A DNA stretch of 64,000 nt from Vulcanimicrobiota bacterium (GTDB taxonomy: Bacteria; Vulcanimicrobiota; Vulcanimicrobiia; Vulcanimicrobiales; Vulcanimicrobiaceae). A model generated the notes under the pieces. The model was not told the origin of the DNA and searched no databases. It was given only the letters and a program-made list of their open reading frames with translations. Made by a program: the position numbers and the translations under genes. The stretch's first letter is position 1; each line of letters starts with the position of its first letter. The stretch is taken from positions 928,001 to 992,000 of the forward strand of contig CAVTCS010000003.1 in assembly GCA_963733295.1 (NCBI GenBank), given 5' to 3'. This document shows positions 60,435 through 64,000 of this stretch, piece after piece.

Positions 60435-61411
60435 CCGCCCTGCGCAAGGCCGGACTCGGCGGAATCACCGGCAGCCCGCAGGCTTTCGTAATTTGCTGCC
60501 TGCTGTTGCTGGCCTTACTCGGGATACCGCTGCTGCACAACGGATACTACGAGAACTTGTTCCGCGGCATCCTGATGTTCGCCACGATGGCCCTCGGTTG
60601 GAACATCATCGGCGGCTACACCGGCTACGTCAGCTTCGGGAACGTTGTATTCTTCGGCATCGGAACGTACGTCAGCGGGTTCCTATCGCTGCACGGCGTT
60701 CAAAACGTTTGGATTGCGATTCCCTGCGCGATTTTCGCCGCAGCGCTCTTCGCCACGATTTTGGGCATCCCCATCTTGCGCTTGCGCGGTCACTACTTCG
60801 GTATCGCCACGCTCGGGATCGCGCTGGCGACCCAAGAGATCGTAGCCAACATCGAACCGCTCGGCGGAGGACAAGGGATCACGCTTCAGCAGGCGGAGTG
60901 GTTCGGTCAATATTACTACGCGATGTGGGCGGTCTGCGCCCTGAGTTTGATTGCGACTTGGTCGATCGCGCGTTCGAAACTCGGGTACGCGCTCGTCGCG
61001 ATTCGCGAGAACGAAGATGCGGCGGCGGCGCTCGGCATCAATCCGACGGCGCACAAGGTCGGAGCCTGGGCGATCAGCGCGACGATGCCGGCTGCGGCCG
61101 GGGCCGTCTTTGCGTTCTCCAACGGCTATATCGATCCGAGCGTCGGTTTCTCGGTCGACTACAACGTGTTCCCGATCGTCATGGTTATCTTGGGAGGTCT
61201 TGGGACCGTGGCGGGGCCGGTGGTCGGCGCGTTCTTGCTGACCGCGATTAATGAGACGCTCTGGAATCACTACCCGCAGGTGCACACGCTCTTCTTCGGG
61301 GTGGCGATCGTGCTCGTGGTCCTGTTCTTGCCGCGCGGTTTGCTGCACGTCGTGGACCGGCGCGGTGGCTGGCGCGGATTCTTGAAATCGATGAGCGCGT
61401 ATCGGGTATGA
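60431..61411 (+). CDS. livM: branched-chain amino acid ABC permease (LivM-like)
   Basis: GYTGYVSFG, LRLRGHYFGIATL, AIRENEDAA. Confidence 0.85.
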   Translation: MTALRKAGLGGITGSPQAFVICCLLLLALLGIPLLHNGYYENLFRGILMFATMALGWNIIGGYTGYVSFGNVVFFGIGTYVSGFLSLHGVQNVWIAIPCAIFAAALFATILGIPILRLRGHYFGIATLGIALATQEIVANIEPLGGGQGITLQQAEWFGQYYYAMWAVCALSLIATWSIARSKLGYALVAIRENEDAAAALGINPTAHKVGAWAISATMPAAAGAVFAFSNGYIDPSVGFSVDYNVFPIVMVILGGLGTVAGPVVGAFLLTAINETLWNHYPQVHTLFFGVAIVLVVLFLPRGLLHVVDRRGGWRGFLKSMSAYRV

Positions 61412-62175
61412 GCGGAAGCCTGACGGTATCCGGCGTAGGGATGCGCTTCGGCGGCCTCCAGGCTCTGGACGATGTGAGTTTCGAGGTCGCGCCCGGTTCC
61501 ATCGTCGGCTTGATCGGCCCCAACGGCAGCGGCAAGACGACGCTGATGAACGTGATTTCCGGGTTCTACAAGCCGACGCGGGGCAGCGTCGAGTTCGCCG
61601 GCCGGCGCATCGCCGACGTACCGGCTTACGAAGTGTGCAAGCTCGGCATCGCGCGCACGTTCCAAATCGTCAAACCGTTCGCCAACCTGACGGTGCTCGA
61701 GAACGTCGCCGTGGGCGCGATGTACGGTCGCGAAGGTAAGCATCGCGCCGCGACGGCAGCCTTCGAGCGAGCGCGCGATCTGCTCGACGTCGTCGGTCTG
61801 GCCCGCGTCGCGGAGCGCCCCGCAAGCGACTTGACGATTCCGGACCGCAAGCGGCTTGAAGTTGCCAAGGCGCTCGCGCTCGACCCCGAGTTGCTGCTGC
61901 TCGATGAAGTGATGGCCGGCCTGAACGCGAGCGAAGTCGGCGAAGCGCTCGACCTGCTGCGCGCCGTGAACGCGCGCGGTGTGACCCTGATCGTGGTCGA
62001 ACACTTGATGAAAGCGATCATGTCGATCTCGCAGCGCCTGGTCGTGCTCGCAGAAGGGAAGAAGATCGCGGAGGGTTCACCGCACGAGGTCACCACGTCG
62101 CCGGCCGTGATCGAAGCGTATCTCGGCGTGCGCTACACCGAGCGTCACAAACCTCCGGAGCCGGGTACGAACTGA
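61408..62175 (+). CDS. livG: ABC ATPase (LivG-like)
   Basis: GPNGSGKTT, GIARTFQ, LLLDE, VIEAYLG. Confidence 0.87.
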   Translation: MSGSLTVSGVGMRFGGLQALDDVSFEVAPGSIVGLIGPNGSGKTTLMNVISGFYKPTRGSVEFAGRRIADVPAYEVCKLGIARTFQIVKPFANLTVLENVAVGAMYGREGKHRAATAAFERARDLLDVVGLARVAERPASDLTIPDRKRLEVAKALALDPELLLLDEVMAGLNASEVGEALDLLRAVNARGVTLIVVEHLMKAIMSISQRLVVLAEGKKIAEGSPHEVTTSPAVIEAYLGVRYTERHKPPEPGTN

Positions 62176-62876
62176 TGCTCGTCGTCGAGAATCTGAGCGC
62201 GGGTTACGGCGAAGTTGAGGTTCTGTGGGACGTTTCGCTGGAGGTCGGACCCGGCGAGGTCGTGGCGTTGATCGGAAGCAACGGCGCGGGCAAATCGACG
62301 CTGCTCGCAGCGCTTAGCGGTCTCATCCCGCGCGCCCGCGGGCGCGTGTCCTTCGAGGGACACGAACTTGGCGGCTTGCCACCCGATCATATCGTGTCGG
62401 CCGGAGTCGTCCAGGTGCCGCAAGGCCGGCGGCTTTTCGGATCGCTCACGGTGCGCGAGAACCTGCTGATGGGCGCCTACCTCCGGCGCGACGATGACGT
62501 CGAAGCCGATCTCGAGCACGTACTGACGTTGCTTCCGCGCCTGCGCGAACGCTTCGGATATTTGGCCGGGCGACTTTCGGGCGGCGAGCAGCAACAGGTC
62601 GCGATCGCACGCGCGCTCATGGCGCGTCCGCGACTCCTGCTGATCGACGAGATGTCTCTCGGACTCGCGCCGGTTCTCGTCGACCACCTTCTCACGATCT
62701 TGTACGACATCAACGCGAGCGGGGTCGCGCTCCTGATGGTCGAGCAAGATGTTGAGGCGGCTCTCGAGTTCGCCAAGCGCGCCTACGTCTTAGAAGCGGG
62801 AAGGATGACGCTGAGCGGGGATGCAGCCGCGCTGCTCGACGATCCCCAGGTGCAGCGAGCGTATCTCGGCATATGA
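62175..62876 (+). CDS. livF: ABC ATPase (LivF-like)
   Basis: GSNGAGKST, LSGGEQQ, SLGLAP, AYLG. Confidence 0.87.
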   Translation: MLVVENLSAGYGEVEVLWDVSLEVGPGEVVALIGSNGAGKSTLLAALSGLIPRARGRVSFEGHELGGLPPDHIVSAGVVQVPQGRRLFGSLTVRENLLMGAYLRRDDDVEADLEHVLTLLPRLRERFGYLAGRLSGGEQQQVAIARALMARPRLLLIDEMSLGLAPVLVDHLLTILYDINASGVALLMVEQDVEAALEFAKRAYVLEAGRMTLSGDAAALLDDPQVQRAYLGI

Positions 62877-63457
62877 GCCCCGCGCGCTGTGCCCTCGCCG
62901 CGCTCGCCATCGCCGGCGCGCTGGCCTTTCCGCAAACCCTTTGCGCGCAGTCGCCGCCTCCCAACGACTGCGCACTCATCGGCGTTCAGGAAGCGGGTCA
63001 GATCCTCGGTTTGGCCGTCGTCGGTCCGGACGAAGCGACGCAGCATCAGGGACGCTGTCTCTTTTCGTCAGAGAAGCTGTCGAAAGACGGCAGTGTGCTG
63101 TACGGATTCGTTCGCGCGGCAGAGGTCCCCGCGCTCGAGCAATACTACAAGGCGCTGTTGCGCACGTGCGCCGGCATTACGCCCGGTGCGCCGCGCGAGC
63201 CCTTCTGTAAGACGATCGAGCGCCTCTCGAACGCCGGCGACATCGACGCCTATTTCGCCGCGCGAACCGCCATCCCGAGCAGCCACCCCGCGCCTGAGCT
63301 GGGGCCAGGCGCCGTCGCATCCGGCGATGGAGTCTTCGTTCGCCGCGACGATTACGTCCTCGAAGCGATCGTCAGCCTCGACGAACAGGTCGACGTGCAA
63401 CGCTCGATCGCGCTCGCCAAGCTGTTGCTGCAACGCCTCGAACCCCAACTGCACTGA
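62873..63457 (+). CDS. hypothetical secreted Cys-containing protein
   Basis: Signal peptide; overlaps the livF stop. Confidence 0.6.
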   Translation: MSPARCALAALAIAGALAFPQTLCAQSPPPNDCALIGVQEAGQILGLAVVGPDEATQHQGRCLFSSEKLSKDGSVLYGFVRAAEVPALEQYYKALLRTCAGITPGAPREPFCKTIERLSNAGDIDAYFAARTAIPSSHPAPELGPGAVASGDGVFVRRDDYVLEAIVSLDEQVDVQRSIALAKLLLQRLEPQLH

Positions 63458-63465
63458 CCTTCAGC

Positions 63466-64000
63466 TTATTTTTGTCCGGCCGGCTTTGGGACGGTGGGCA
63501 GATCATCGTGGCTCCACTCTAGCCAGGAGCCGTCATAGACCGCGAGGTCGGTGAATCCGGCTGCCTGCAACGCAAGGTACGCCCCGGAAGCGCCGACGCC
63601 GCTGCCGCAGCTTACGATCGTGCGTTTGCCGCGGTCGAGACCGAGTTCGTCGCTCAACTCTTCGATCGTGCCGAGGGGCGCGAGCCTCCCGCCGTTGGAA
63701 TCCTCGAGCAGGCGCGAAGCCGAGAGCCGCACCGAACGCGCGATGTCCCTATCGCGCAACGCGTAGGTTCCATCGCGCTGCGTCTCGAGCAGCTGCGCGC
63801 TGCCGCGACCTTCGGCGACCGCCAAGACCTCAGCGCGCGATGCACGTAGCAGCGGCCGCGGCTTCGGCGTGAACGTTTGCGGCGGGAAAGATGGGACTTC
63901 GAGAACGATCGGCAAACCGGCGGCGCGCCACGCCGGGATTCCACCTGCGAGGAGGTGCACGTCGTCGTGGCCATACAGCCGGAACATCCAGACCATCCGC
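63466..64000 (-). CDS. sulfurtransferase (rhodanese/SseA-like), 5' part outside the window
   Basis: LAGGIPAW, SCGSGVGA active loop, YDGSWLEW. Confidence 0.88.
   Translation of the reverse strand, partial: RMVWMFRLYGHDDVHLLAGGIPAWRAAGLPIVLEVPSFPPQTFTPKPRPLLRASRAEVLAVAEGRGSAQLLETQRDGTYALRDRDIARSVRLSASRLLEDSNGGRLAPLGTIEELSDELGLDRGKRTIVSCGSGVGASGAYLALQAAGFTDLAVYDGSWLEWSHDDLPTVPKPAGQK

Overview
GC-rich bacterial chromosome segment; protein style and gene order suggest Eremiobacterota/Vulcanimicrobiota (inference only). Most of it is housekeeping. In order: an SPFH/Tim44-like pair; pyrC-carA and a distant carB around an interrupted MoxR-DUF58-VWA-BatD cluster; pbpA-pknB-ruvCAB-SpoIID, four minor pilins and queA; a rearranged S10-spc-alpha ribosomal cluster (no rpsJ, rpmD or infA; about 4 kb of cargo between rpsM and rpsK); trpEGDCFBA; and a Liv-type ABC transporter. 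The most striking signal is an unannotated ~105-bp three-hairpin dispersed element. It lies at three ribosomal-protein gene junctions (rplD/rplW, rplP/rpmC, rplR/rpsE), with an internally deleted fourth copy at 58.2 kb. The copies show compensatory stem changes, GNA-type loops and one orientation. The last hairpin hides an SD-like GGGGTG, and each full copy is crossed by a mini-ORF running from the upstream stop to the downstream start. Other oddities: probable ATC/CTG start codons, a histone-like repeat fused to L15, a TetR with a transposase-like N-terminus, and a second small palindromic repeat. No rRNA, tRNA, CRISPR array or transposase was seen.
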